Below are positions 38,801 through 51,323 of a stretch of 64,000 nt of DNA, in pieces. The stretch is from Dipteris shenzhenensis. Lineage: Eukaryota. The translations under genes and the position numbers were made by a program. Location: the NCBI GenBank assembly GCA_047967505.1, contig CM106538.1, one strand, 5' to 3'. Every line of letters starts with the position of its first letter. The stretch's first letter is position 1. A model generated the notes under the pieces. The model saw only the letters and a program-made list of their open reading frames with translations, made no database searches and was not told the origin of the DNA.

Positions 38801-41734
38801 CAGGTTGGGGCACATGAGCCAGAATGGAATGAAACTCTTATGCTGTTTGGGTTATGTACCGCATTTGAGTTTCTCTGATTTTGAATTTTGTGAGCATTGT
38901 CTCTATGGGAAGCAGACTAAATCAGCCCATAAAAGAAGGGGAAAGAAAGAGTTTGAAATGCTTGATTTGGTGCATTCAGACGTATGTGGTCCCATGCCTA
39001 CACGGTCATTAGGCGGGGCTGAATACTATGTGACATTCATTGATGATGCAACTAGGAAAGTGTGGGCTTATGCTATAGCTCGGAAGAGTGATGTGTTCCA
39101 GGTATTTCAGAAATGGCTGGCCTTGGTTGAGAATCAGTTAGGTAGAATGCTTAAATGCCTACGGACTGACAATGGTGGAGAGTATCTCTCTCATGACTTT
39201 CAGCATTTCTGTGATACACGTGGGATTAAGAGGGAGCTCACATCCCCTCGTACTCCAGAGCAAAATCCAGTTGCAGAAAAGATGAACCGTACCATTCAAG
39301 AAAGGTTGCAATGCATGCTTTCCAATGCAAGTCTTTCTGGTGGTTTTTGGGCTGAGGCAATGAAGACTGCAGTGCATGTGATCAATAGATCACCTAGTAA
39401 TAGTTTGGATGGTGGTATTCCTGAAGAGGCATGGAGTGGCAAGAAGCCCTCTTACTCTCATTTGCATATATTTGGGTGTGAGGCATATGCACATGTGCCA
39501 AAAGAGCTTCGAAAGAAGCTAGATCCTAAGTCTAGGAAATGCATCTTTCTGGGTTATGGTGAAAGTGGAGAGATGGGCTATCGTCTCTAGGATCCATAAG
39601 TAAAGAAGATCATACGCAGCCATGATGTGGTCTTCAATGAGAAGAAGATGCATAAGGCACCCATGAGGGATGTGGAAATGAGGAGAATCACTTTCCAGGA
39701 TGTGAATCCACCTGCATATGTTGATAGACAGCAAGCTGTCCATGCACCAAATGTGCAAGAAATGGTACAACCAAGTACTCCCATAGGTATACAATCAAGG
39801 GTAGATGATGGATCATCTATTGGTGGAAATGATGAGCCAAATGTGGCTGATATGCAAGTGGGACAGCAAGCTGAAATGCCCTTGAGAAGATCATCTAGAG
39901 TGTCTAGACCGCCTGATAGGTTTGTTCCAGGGGTAGACTATGTGATGCTTACTGATTGCGGGGAGCCTTCTTGCTACAGAGAGGCTATGATGCGTGAGGA
40001 TCAACGCAAGTGGGAGTATGCTATGCAATCAGAGATGAGTTCACTTATGAAGAATAAGACTTGGGACTTGGTTTCTTTGCCACATGGAAAGAAAGCATTG
40101 CCATGTAAATGGGTCTACAAAATGAAGGTCACAGGTGATGATGTGCCTAAGTACAAGGCCCATTTGGTTGCTAAAGGGTTCAAGCAAGAGAAGGGTGTGG
40201 ACTTTGATGAGATATTCTCTCCCGTTGTGAAGATGACCACACTTAGATGCATGCTTGGACTAGTGGCATCAGAGGATATGGAGCTTATGCAAATGGATGT
40301 CAAGACAGCTTTCTTGCATGGGGATTTGCATGAGGAAATTTACATGGTGCAGCCGAAAGGCTTTGAAGAAAAGGGCAAAGAGCATTTAGTTTGCAAGCTG
40401 AAGAAGAGTCTCTATGGTCTTAAGCAAGTGCCTAGAGAATGGTATCAGAAGTTTGATGCTTTCATTCGGTCCCAGGGTTTTAGAAGGAGTGAAATTGATC
40501 ACTGCCTCTACAATAAAAGGGCTAAAGATAGTAGCCTGATAATCCTGGCACTATATGTGGATGATATGCTATTGGCTAGCAAGAATACTTATGAGCTAGA
40601 TGCATTAAAGGCCAAGTTGCATGAGGCCTTTAATATGAAGGATTTGGGATTTGCAGGTCATATTCTTGGTATGCGCATCACGTGTGATCGGAGTAGGAAA
40701 CTCCTTTGGCTTTAACAAAAAGAGTATGTTACAAAAGTATTGCAACATTTCAATATGGAGGGGGGGAAGGCAGTGAGTACTCCATTGCCTCCATATGTGA
40801 AACTGAGTCATACAGATAGTCCCAAATCAGATGAGGAAAAGGCCATGATGGCCAAGATTCCTTATGCATCAGCAGTTGGGAGTCTTATGTATGGTATAAT
40901 AGCTACTAGGCTAGACATTGCATTTGCAGTGGGAGTTGTTAGCCGGTATATGGCTAATCCAGGAAAGAGGCATTGGGAGGCAGTTAAGTGCATCATGAGG
41001 TACATGAAGGGTACCAAGGAGATGTGCATCTGCTTTGGTAAAGGAGACATGCGTGTACTTGGGTACACAGATTCAGACTATGCAGGGCATGTGGATAGTA
41101 GGAGATCCACTTCTGGTTATGTGTTCACCTTTGCAGGTGGTGCAGTGTCGTGGATGTCTCGTGCACAGAAGTGCGTTGCTTTGTCTACCACAGAGGCTGA
41201 GTATGTTGTAGCCACAGAGGGTTGCAAGGAGGCTATATGGCTTGATCGGCTAGTGGGAGATTTGGGGATTCATACAGGTGTACCGACATTGCATAGTGAT
41301 TCCATGAGTGCTATTCAGCTAGCACGGAATCCGGTCTTTCATGCAAAGACCAAACACATTGAGGTCAGATACCATTTCATCAAGGAGGTACTTGAGGACA
41401 AGCGTATAGAGCTTGTCAAGGTTCATACAGATGATAACCCTGCAGATATGCTGACAAAGAGTCTACCTAGTCAGCAGTTTGAGTATTGTCGTGTATTGAT
41501 GGGCGTTGGATAGTATGCTCACTGGTTGTTCTCCCTTAAAGGCACATTGTCCTTTAAGTGGGAGGTTGTGGGGGTTAAAGGTCACTGTGCCTTTACCCCA
41601 ATTATGTACAATACTCAAACACATATAAATGAATGAAAAAGAAGATTAGGGTGGTTCTGCACCCACCAAACTTGTGTGGCTCTCTATCTCTCTCTCTCCT
41701 TCTTCCATTCTTGCTTCCGTTGAGAGCACTCTCA
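35844..41734 (+). mobile_element. Ty1/copia LTR retrotransposon 2, full length, degenerate ORF
   Basis: LTRs 35844-36013 and 41567-41734; TSD gtatg; PBS tggtatcagagc at 36016; PPT aagtgggaggt. Confidence 0.97.
37453..41513 (+). pseudogene. Copia 2 gag-pol with frameshifts (~38250, ~38540) and stops (39590, 40715)
   Basis: CYHCGKKGHMKKDC, WILDSGASFH, LRTDNGGEY, QMDVKTAFLHGDL, YVDDML, TDSDYAG. Confidence 0.96.
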
Positions 41735-42407
41735 GTATGATGTTGTGTTTGTATATATGCATGAGGAGCATATTCTCATGGTGTTGTTTATTCCATGAAT
41801 ATTATGGTTGACATTTATTTGTTGCAATGTATGAATCATGATGTAGTTTTTGTTGATTATACACCAATTTGTGACTTATTACTTAAGTGGCATTTAGTCA
41901 TGATATTTATATATTTATTTGATGCAGACAATTTTATGATATGAATGTGTGATGATGTAATTATTTGGAAATATAACCTTGTGTGATGAGAATTTTGATA
42001 TGAATATGTGATGATGTAATATTTGTAATATATTTCACTCCAAAGTATCAATTCCCAATGCTCCACTCACTTAAAGTACAACATTCCCAATGCTCTGCAA
42101 AATTTTATTCAGTTGGACAGTCTCCAGTCACTTAAAGTAGAGCATTTCCAATGCGTCTCTCACTTATTCCAACCCTTATCCTTATCATAGCGAACACATC
42201 GTGCCTTAGTGCACTTATATTCTTCCATCGTAGTCCTTCCACAAACACTCTCTTATTTCTTACATCCTAGTCCTTCTGATTAACTTGTATTCGTCTTTCA
42301 CTTTACGTCTTCCCTGACTTTCTATCACTCTTGAAGGAGGGGCAGCTCACTGTGCATCCCTCGCTATCGCTCCCTCACTCTCCTTCTCCCACTTTCCCTC
42401 TAAGACA

Positions 42408-42864
42408 ATGACTAGTTACTACTCGACTTCATTTATTGAACTCAAATTCTGTCTTAGATCTCTTTTGTATGGACCAATGAAGGGAAAATCATTTGAGGAG
42501 GATATGTTACGCACATGGCTACTTGATTTGAACTCAGCAGAAGAGGTGAATATCCCTAGCTTTCTTTTTTGCTTCTTTTAATCACGTACTTCTTATGCTA
42601 ACGAGTTAAATTTTTGTACAGGATATGGCGGTGGCTAGAAGCTGTATTGAAAAAAATGGTGAAGATGAGGAAAGCCAAGAGAGAAAAGAAGAGTTGTTGA
42701 ATGCTTACAAGTCGGCGCAAGATTCGAAACAAGTTGTGAGGAGAGTCTGTGAGGAGATTTGCGATGCCCGCCCTAGTTATGCATGGCCTGCAAGTTTAAA
42801 GTCTGCTTGTTTTCATGAAGCCAATGCCATAGTAGGCACTTTCGAGGACATATGCTCTCTCTAA
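42408..42864 (+). CDS. Two-exon orphan protein (~126 aa), original copy
   Basis: Same structure as 2075-2531; open in both copies. Confidence 0.5.
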
Positions 42865-43959
42865 TGACTTAATAGTCAAGTGATGGAAATTTAATTCCAT
42901 AGAGACTTATATGTTTTCTAAAGTAACTGTAATAGACAAGAAATGAAACTATAGTTCCACAAAGACTTTTTAGTTCTCTAATGTAAAGTTGTAATAGACA
43001 AGAGAGATAAAGACGAGATCTTCTAGGCTGAGCTAATGGAAGGTGTTTTTTAACACCATATGGCTTTGAGCTATATGATCTACTTCTTGTACAAATGTGT
43101 CATGCTTTTTTTTAAATGTACTCTAGTTTTAATAACATGTCATACCATTTTTTCTAATTTGGTTTTTTAAAATCTTACTTTTTGTCTCTTTTAACAATGT
43201 GATGTCCTCTTTTTTTGATGTACTCTAGTTTTAATAACATGTCACGTCATTTTTTCTAATTTGATTTTTTAAAATCTTACTTTTTGCATATAAGGGAGAA
43301 GTTGGCCTCCTTGTTGACCAATCTCAAGACGAGCACATAGAGCACAATTTGGTCGAGATGGCATAGATGATCCCTTAGACCCTAATGTATTTTGTTGAGG
43401 GAATCATCTTCCACCAATAGGATAGTTTATGCATCGTGTGATCCACGCTCTATCTCAATCTATGTCTTACAGGCAAGTCTTCTTCTTAATAATGATCATG
43501 AGGCTCATCTGGCCTCTGGACTTGATTTACACCTTCCAAGTTTTCATCCATGCTTATGGATGGACTCATGAAGGGACTTGTTGGATTCCTCAAAATCCTA
43601 GTGCTTTGTGGAAGAATGCTCCATTTCTTCGTATCACCACCTTGAGGACTTGCCAAATGTCACATTCCTCAGGTCATCTTGGATGAAACTCAGGAAAACA
43701 GATTCACTCTTAGTGTCAATATAGTAGTTGTGACCATCTCTCCATATGCATGGATGTGCCTTCTCCATCCTTGAGCTCTCAGGTCCCTCTTACATCCACT
43801 CATCCTTGTTGATTGTCATTCCTGGTTTTGATTCCATACCAACTTTGTTGACTAGATTTCACCAACCTCTTCTGCCACAGAGCATGTACTCTTCCATCCT
43901 AGCCACGTACATTCGATGTCTCTCTGAGTGTGTATCAGTCAAAAAGCAAAATGTCCCTA

Positions 43960-45630
43960 TGTGATTGTGGAAAAGTCAGTCTTATCGCGAAATCTGTGGT
44001 TAAGCGACTGAAGCTCAAGAACTTGAAGCATTTTTCAATACACATGGTCGATTAGTGACTGCTAGAGCCTAAAGGTATGCTCACCGATGTAGCCATCAAC
44101 ATCAAAGGAGTATATTATGCTTTAAGTTTGATCGTCATTTCAATGGAAATGAATGCCTATCTAATCTTCTTGGGTAGACCATGGTTAAAAGGTGTCATTT
44201 CAATGGAAATGAATGCCTATCTAATTTTGTTGGGTAGACCATGGTTGAAAGGTGCCAAGGTTTTGCATGATTGGGGCTCCGAGTTCATGATAAACAAGAC
44301 TGGGGATATTGAGGTGTGAATCCTACTAATCTAATCAAGTTATTGAGCAGTTGTCGACCCAAGGACATAGAGGTGAAAGATCAATTTCGGATGTTGAGTC
44401 TCGGCTAATGAAAATGCATATTTTGCCTTTGGGGGAAATTGACATACACTAGGTGGCTGCCGAGCTAAAACAAAAAATGAAAGACTTGAAGTTATCAAAA
44501 CAACAATATTTGTACACTGGTCATTTCATTGAAGAGATTGGTGAATGAGAGCTAACCGAGCCTAAGATAACCATCATTCAACTTAATTCTAAACACTTGA
44601 TTCTAGAACCGGCTCGGAGCTCAACTTGGATATGGTCAAGGAGTCACGTACAATGATCATAAGTGCCCATCTCTTGGATGATCAACTTTAAGCAATCAAA
44701 AGTGTGTTTCTACAATATAAGACGTGTTTCCATAGAGCTACAATGGATTGATGGGGAGTTCCTCTGGAAATATGCCAACATCGAATTTCATTGATATCTG
44801 ATTCTAAGCCAATGCAACCCAAAAAAAAAAATGATGAATTCAAAGATGCCAAGAGGTTAAATCCAAGCTCAACCAATTGATCCGAGCAAGCTTCATCTAT
44901 GCAATTGATCAAAGCAATTGGCTATTCAATCGTGGTGGTGCCCAAGAAGAGTGCAAACTCCAAGTCTGTGTGGATTATAGGAAGCTTAATGCTCAAACAA
45001 TGCCAAATCATTTTCCAATTCCGTTCATTGATGGAATACTTGACCAAGCTACAAGACACGAGATGTACTCATTTATGGATGGCTATACTAGGTACAATCA
45101 AATTTCTTTGGCTCCCAAGGACCAACAAAAGACTATGTTTATCACAAAATGGGCTACATATCATTGTAAAGTAATGCCATTTTGTCTACATAATGCATCA
45201 TCATCAAAAAATTTGAGATTCATGGTTTGAGACTTTTTTAGGTTACTTAACCGAGTTTATCACCATTTACTTGGATGATTTTTGTGTATACTCGACAATA
45301 TCTATGCATCTTGCTTGCCTTGAAAAGTTTTTGCCACACACGAGCAAGAATCTCCCTAACATAACCAAGTGTGTTTTATGTGTGAAGATTAGTATATTGC
45401 TTGGTTATGTAATTTTCAAGGAAAGCATTCAAACCAAGCCCAAGTAAGACCCGAGCAATTCAACAAATGCCAAAACATGAGAATCTAATATAACTCAAGT
45501 CATTTGTTAGCTTCTATAGGAGGTTTGCGAAGGATTTTGATGAAATTGCACCACCTCTATATGAAATGACCAAGAAGAATATCAGGTTCCAATGAATCCA
45601 AGAGTTGTCTACAACATTTCATGAACTCAA
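43960..45630 (+). pseudogene. Degenerate Ty3/gypsy protease-RT fragment, original copy
   Basis: LGRPWL, CVDYRKLN, MDGY..YNQI, VMPF, YLDDF; boundaries approximate. Confidence 0.85.
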
Positions 45631-46956
45631 TGATGCTCCTGGAGGTCCATGAGCATCAACGCATTCACATGGTCATAATAAAGCCGGTGGTTGTCCATGA
45701 AGAGGTTGGAGCTCATATTGGAGCCCTACTCACGTTGTACTAGTTTGGATTACAAAAACACTATTTTTACCTACATCAATTAGAATGATCTACCATAAAT
45801 GGAAATAACACTTCCCAATAAAAGGTTGTTCAAAATGTACATATAATGGAAGATGCTCACCCAAAAAAGTAAAAAACCTACATAAACAAACCTAAGTAAG
45901 TAAATGATTACCTTTGATAAAGAAAGTCAACCGAGATGGTGACCAAAAATTCTTCCACCTCTTTAGATGATCCCAATTGGTATATTCCATTGCAAGTCAT
46001 CGCTAAAGATCAATTAAGTTTTGCTAGCTATAAAAGGATGGAATCAATGCTACTGGGCTACAAATGCACCACACATAATCTAGAGAATTGTAAGCACTGC
46101 CTTCAAAAGACTAGTACATACATTTTTTACATATGTTTTTAAATGACATGGACATAGCTTTGGACAAGAGTGTTCATTAGGGGACAATTGGGGTCTCCAA
46201 AGGGCCTCCAATTAGTGTTTCCTAATTTCAAGTGATTAGTGAGGTATTTGAGGTGTACCAATGGGAGTGCTCCTTTTTGTGGGGCAATGCCATGTTGAGG
46301 TGGAGGGTGGGCAGACCTGCAAACAGCCCCTATTGGCTACTCCTCTTACACCGAGGACCACTCAAACCATCCCCGCCCCCCTCAACCCATGCTTGACCCT
46401 TCTCCCATATGCACCTCCCCCAAACAAACCTACAAGTCATTCAAGAGGCGGTGGGCCCTTCTGGGCAAATTTTTTCCCCCTCTCAGCTTGTTACAGGCCT
46501 GGTCCAGCTCCATTCTCTCTCCATTTTTCAAATGTGGGAACTCATTTGGCATCTTCTCTATCCCCTCCTGCTCTGGTTCACTGTGTTTCTCCCTCTCCAG
46601 CACCTCCTGTAGCAACTGCTCATTCTCTCTCCATTCCTAGCTACAGCACCTCTTACAGTAGTAGCTGCTCATCCCCCTCTGCTCTTTCTTCCTCCATTCC
46701 TAGTTACAATACCTCTTGTAGTGGCTGCTCATCCCCCTCTACTCTTTCTCCCTCCATTCCTAGCTACAACACCTCCTGGAGCAGTTGCTCATCCCCCTCT
46801 ACTCTTTCTCCCTCCATTCAGCACCTCTTGGACCTTCTCTCAACCTTCAGTTGCACCCTCTATACCTTCTCCCTCTCTTTCCCTCTATCGAAGCTGCTCT
46901 CTCCCCCCAAGTTGCACTTTCTAGTCCACTATTGCTATTGTGACCTCTGTACAAGC

Positions 46957-48236
46957 ATGGTGAGGAGACCATACATGTACTCTGTGTCCCACAGGAGCAA
47001 AAATGCACTGGGCGAATGGGTGCCTTTTGCACCTATAGCTTGAATGATTGGGGATAGTCATGAGAGGATCTACCAAGGGTCCACATAGCTTCCCAAGAGC
47101 AAAAGAGGTGATCTTTTGCATGAATGGAAGGGCCGCATCATGAAGTTCAAGCTTGGGAAGAAAGGATTGTTTGCAAAGGTGCAACACATCTACATGGGGA
47201 AGGACATGTGCCTTCCTCCATCAAGTAATCAATCGACAATACCATCGCATTGTAAGTCTGCATTTTGTGTAAGATTTTGAAGTGTAATGAGTCAGCTTGA
47301 AATTGTATTTTGAAATAGAACCAGTGTAATGAGTCAGTTTGATATTGTATTTTAAAATAGCACTTGTGCATAGTAGATGTATTTCCTTCAAACTTTGAGG
47401 AGTGGGAACCAGTCGAGTGCTTCTTAGGTAAGTTTACTGCCATTCATGAGGATTTAGGAAGGCAAATGCATGCTAGAGAGAAGTCCTCTGCTTTGAAACA
47501 CAGAAATATCTATTGGTATAATGCCAAGTACATTACTCCAAGGACGGCATCAGGCTATGGCCATCTTCAATGCATTGCAACACCACAACTTGAAGACATG
47601 GATTGCAGCATGGTGGACACAAGAACAATGCAATCATACAAGGAAAAGATTACAAAGGATGTGGGCATGGCCATGAAGTTTACATTTGGCTCTACATGGG
47701 TAAGGTTGTCTTGGTTTATGCCTCTGCACATTTTTGCTTCTTGTTTTCATAACATCCAGATGCACAGAACAAAAACCATGTGGTCATGCAAGTGCCTACA
47801 TGAGAATGCCCTTGAGGAATTGCTTGGGGTGAATTGGGGAAGCAAGTCAGGTGAACAAAAGGGTGATCTGTTTCAATGCCATGTATGTAAGGACAACATG
47901 GTTGTCAAGTACCACATCTCCCACCAAATGTTATATTTTGCTTTCCACTATAGGCGCTGAAAGAAAATAGGTGGCAATTGGCTCCCCCTTGACTCTAACG
48001 ATGATGATAATACACGGATAAGTTTATGTATTGGTTCTCATTTAGGAGATGTCAAGAATGTGACTGTCACGTCACAGTGGACTCTCAGGGACGTGCGGGA
48101 ACACCTATTGGTCATGGAGGATGGCATATCTGAGTCCTTTCACTTTACCTTAAATGGTAAAAAGGTAGGAAAGCGTGCAGAGAAGCTCGTGCATAGTGCC
48201 ACTTTTATCCCTCCTGCAATATTGAAGATTGTCTAG
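46957..48236 (+). pseudogene. BAH-like + unknown + C-terminal ubiquitin-like protein, full-length copy
   Basis: Two exons; after an in-frame TGA (47958-47960) the frame continues ISLCIGSHLGDVKNVTVTSQWTLRDVREHL..FHFTLNGKKVG to TAG 48236; small indels in exon 1. Confidence 0.6.
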
Positions 48237-48469
48237 AAAATGTGGGGTGGAATAATTGTGGATTTTGACATTTTCCAATTAATAGTGGTGCAATTAATTT
48301 TGATGTTTTGAATGGTTTTGTTTCATGTCAATGTCAAGTTTTTTCCAAAAATTTTATAATTCTTTTTATTTTTTATATTTAGAACATTTGGGTATATATA
48401 GGTTATAAAGTTACTTTAGTTTCAAAGTTTCACTATCATAGCCATAGTTCTCCTAGCTACCAAACTACC

Positions 48470-49931
48470 ATGGATTCTGTGCCTTCCACGATTTCATCTC
48501 CCATACTCCATTAATTGATAGAGAGGAGGAGTTATTTCCAGTCTTTGATAAGACCATAGATGTCCTAGGCACCTACTTGGGAGCCCGAGACGATTTTGAA
48601 GACCTTATCAAGTATGTGCAAGACTACATCCTGAGTTTTGCATATTAACTTCATTATCTACAAAAATATGGGTCCCAATTGATTATTTGAAGTACTTGTT
48701 CAATCAAGAACCCAGGTTCATGAAGCGTTTAGATCGCTTTCAAGCCCAGCTCACACCCCTAGGGTTTAGGGAGGTGGACACTGATGACCTCCTAGCATGT
48801 GGAGTCATCGGAAACACAGGAAATAGGTTCCTATCCTAGGAAATGACCTTTATTTTCCTTCTCCAGGAGGGACAAATGGAAGAGGAGGCCTCGACCTCAA
48901 GCCTTGACCCTGGCCCTACCTTTTCCGATCCTCTTATTTATGTAGATGAGCCCAACATCTACAATGAAGAGCCCATAGATGAAGAAGCTGAGGAGCGGGA
49001 AGCTGCATTGGCCCTGGAAGTGCTCCAGTGACCTCTTGAACCCCATTCTACTTCTCAAATTCCATCCACCTCGGGCACCACCTGTGTTGACCCCGCAACA
49101 ATGATATGGTTTCTTACTCCCCTTCTTGTCGATGGAGAACAATACCTCTTTCTCCATGACATAGAGGTTATGTTTGGTCTCTGGGAGGATGAAGCTCTTG
49201 CTATCCTGTGTGGATACGAGGTGGACACGACTATGCAAAGACCTGGGTTTTTAGAAGCAAATGATTCAATAGAAGAGGTTCTTGCTTTAACATTGGCCCA
49301 AATCGAAGATGCAAAGACATCAATCTAGTCCGACCTACTTGATGTTCTAGAAGAAGCCTCCACATCTCACTCCAGACAGTAGGAGGCCTCTAGATCCATC
49401 CTCATTGACAAAGAGGAAGGGATTGAGCATGATGACTCCATAGTGGTAAGAAACTATGAGCTTTGAATTTCTTCTCTCTTGGTATACTTTTGCTTTAATG
49501 GAATTCTAATGTAATGTTGGACTGTTGCAGGAGGCATTTGAGATCGACCTATTCTCATCTCGGCATCGCCTTGTTCGCAATAGCTTCGGCCAAGATCACT
49601 CACTGGCACATTACCTTGGCCAAGCAAAAGGGTGCTTTGTGGTTATCCACATGGCATTGATGACCTCCTGAAGTGCAAGGCCTTGTCAAGATTGATTGGT
49701 CATGCTAACATCAATCACAATGCTGACAAGGTCATTTTGGTGAACCGCATGGCTACCCTCAATGCCTTTGGAACCAATTTTCAAGGTATGGCATTGACGG
49801 CAGCAGCCATGTCCCTGGCCAACAATGACAATAGCATTGACTCTCTATCGAGTAGGTTTAGAGCTAGGAGTGTATTTGGGAATTTAAAGCCCGATGTTCT
49901 CAGTGTTTTAGAGAAGAGAGAAAGGCTCTGA
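48470..49931 (+). pseudogene. Degenerate spliced gene of unknown function, acidic middle region
   Basis: TATA-like sequence at ~48393, ATG 48470, coding-like fragments (48843, 49101, 49632), GT-AG intron ~49446-49530, several stops. Confidence 0.45.
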
Positions 49932-50154
49932 AGCCTTATTGTATAGAAATTTTATTTTATATGAATACAGCTATACTTTTTATACAGTGCCCCATTTTGT
50001 GTTCTTTTACAAAATTTATTTTATACTGTCATTGTATTTTGTAACTTTAATTGTTGTTGGCATTAATATTTTCATTCACTATTCTGTTCAAAAGCATGTG
50101 ATCAGATAAATATTTGCGCTATAATGGTCATTTCTGAGCAATCCAGTAAGAATC

Positions 50155-50333
50155 TCACCGCGCGGCAGAAGGCAAATGTGTTCGGCATCGCGCGAGGAGC
50201 CCAAAAATGGTAAAACCTGCTATGGCGCATATGGGGCCTGTTTGACCAAGTCAAACGGGCCTCATACGTGCTTTTTACCATTTTTGGGCTTCCCGCACGA
50301 TGCCGAGCACATTTGCCTTCTATCACATGGTGA
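50155..50333. repeat. ~180-bp imperfect hairpin between two convergent genes
   Basis: gaaggcaaatgtgttcggcatcg..gcccaaaaatggtaaaa pairs with ttttaccatttttgggc..cgatgccgagcacatttgccttc; inner stem tatggggcctgtttgac/gtcaaacgggcctcata with a 3-nt loop. Confidence 0.92.
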
Positions 50334-50517
50334 AAAAACATCATTTGACCACTCAAATTCACACTGAACTTGCATAAACTGATGGAAAGCATCACGTAAC
50401 ATGTATAATAACATGGGAACAATAATAGAACATAAAGATATCTTTTATTCATTGGCCTCAAAGGACAGAGATTTACAAAAAATGATTCAGGTTACAGCAA
50501 ATGAACCTAAACAACAT

Positions 50518-51315
50518 CTAGGGCCTAAGGGAGGGATCGGAGTGGATGCGCTTGGCGAGTGCAAGGTCCTTGTCCATCACTGTTACTCTTTTGGCATGGA
50601 TAGCACATAAGTTTGCGTCTTCAAAAAGACATGCTGTCATCTGCTCCGTTGCCTCCTGAATTGCTCCCATAGCGCCTGAAGTGAAACGCACATCACTCTT
50701 GTAATGCTGTGCTATTTCACGTACAACACGTTGGAAGGATGCACGGGAAATGAGATTGTCCACAGTGGTTTGGAACTTGCAGATCTCGTGAAGTGCCTTC
50801 ACGCCTAATTTTTTGCACCTCGTAATCTTTGGGGGACCCTGCACTAGCCTTTGGACATGGCTCCATGGCCGCTTGTCCGCTTTGAACTTCTTTCGCCTCT
50901 CCTCCCTTGCAACCACCTCTTCAGACTCCTCTTCCTGTGTCTGGTGGGTCATTCGAGGTGGCTTCTCGCGCCGAGGGGTCTGCTTTGTCCTTGGTCTCTT
51001 TTCCTTTTCACGAGGCCATGAGACAGCAGGCTGAGGCTCTTGCTCAACTCGTACTAGAGGCTCCTCATATCTGATCATCTCGAGGCACAGAGGGTTAATG
51101 GTGCTCTTCCGTGTGGTCTGCTTGGTTGGAGGATTGGGGCCAAGGTCCATTATATCTGCGAGCCCGCCAAATACTTCCTCTTGTTGTGGCCCCTGTAATC
51201 TCTCCATCTCCTCTCTTTGCCTTTCTTGCTCCCCTTATTCGTCTAGATGCTCCATGCTAGGACCCCACTGAGGAGGGAGGGGCAGTTGACTCAAAATAGT
51301 GTTAACTTTATTCAT
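50518..51315 (-). CDS. Divergent histone H3 variant with a long N-terminal extension (open 51207-50518; upstream in-frame ATGs at 51255 and 51315 are cut off by one TAA)
   Basis: [82 protein letters not shown] is an unmistakable H3 histone fold; tail motifs TKQTTRKST and RTKQTPRR; intronless. Confidence 0.92.
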
Positions 51316-51323
51316 TAAACATT

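Noticed and set aside
50518-51207. Calling the histone the host CENH3 or a canonical H3
   Set aside because: Loop 1 has canonical length and FQR/RF are retained (unlike CENH3), while the tail and many core residues are too divergent for H3.1 or H3.3; left unnamed.
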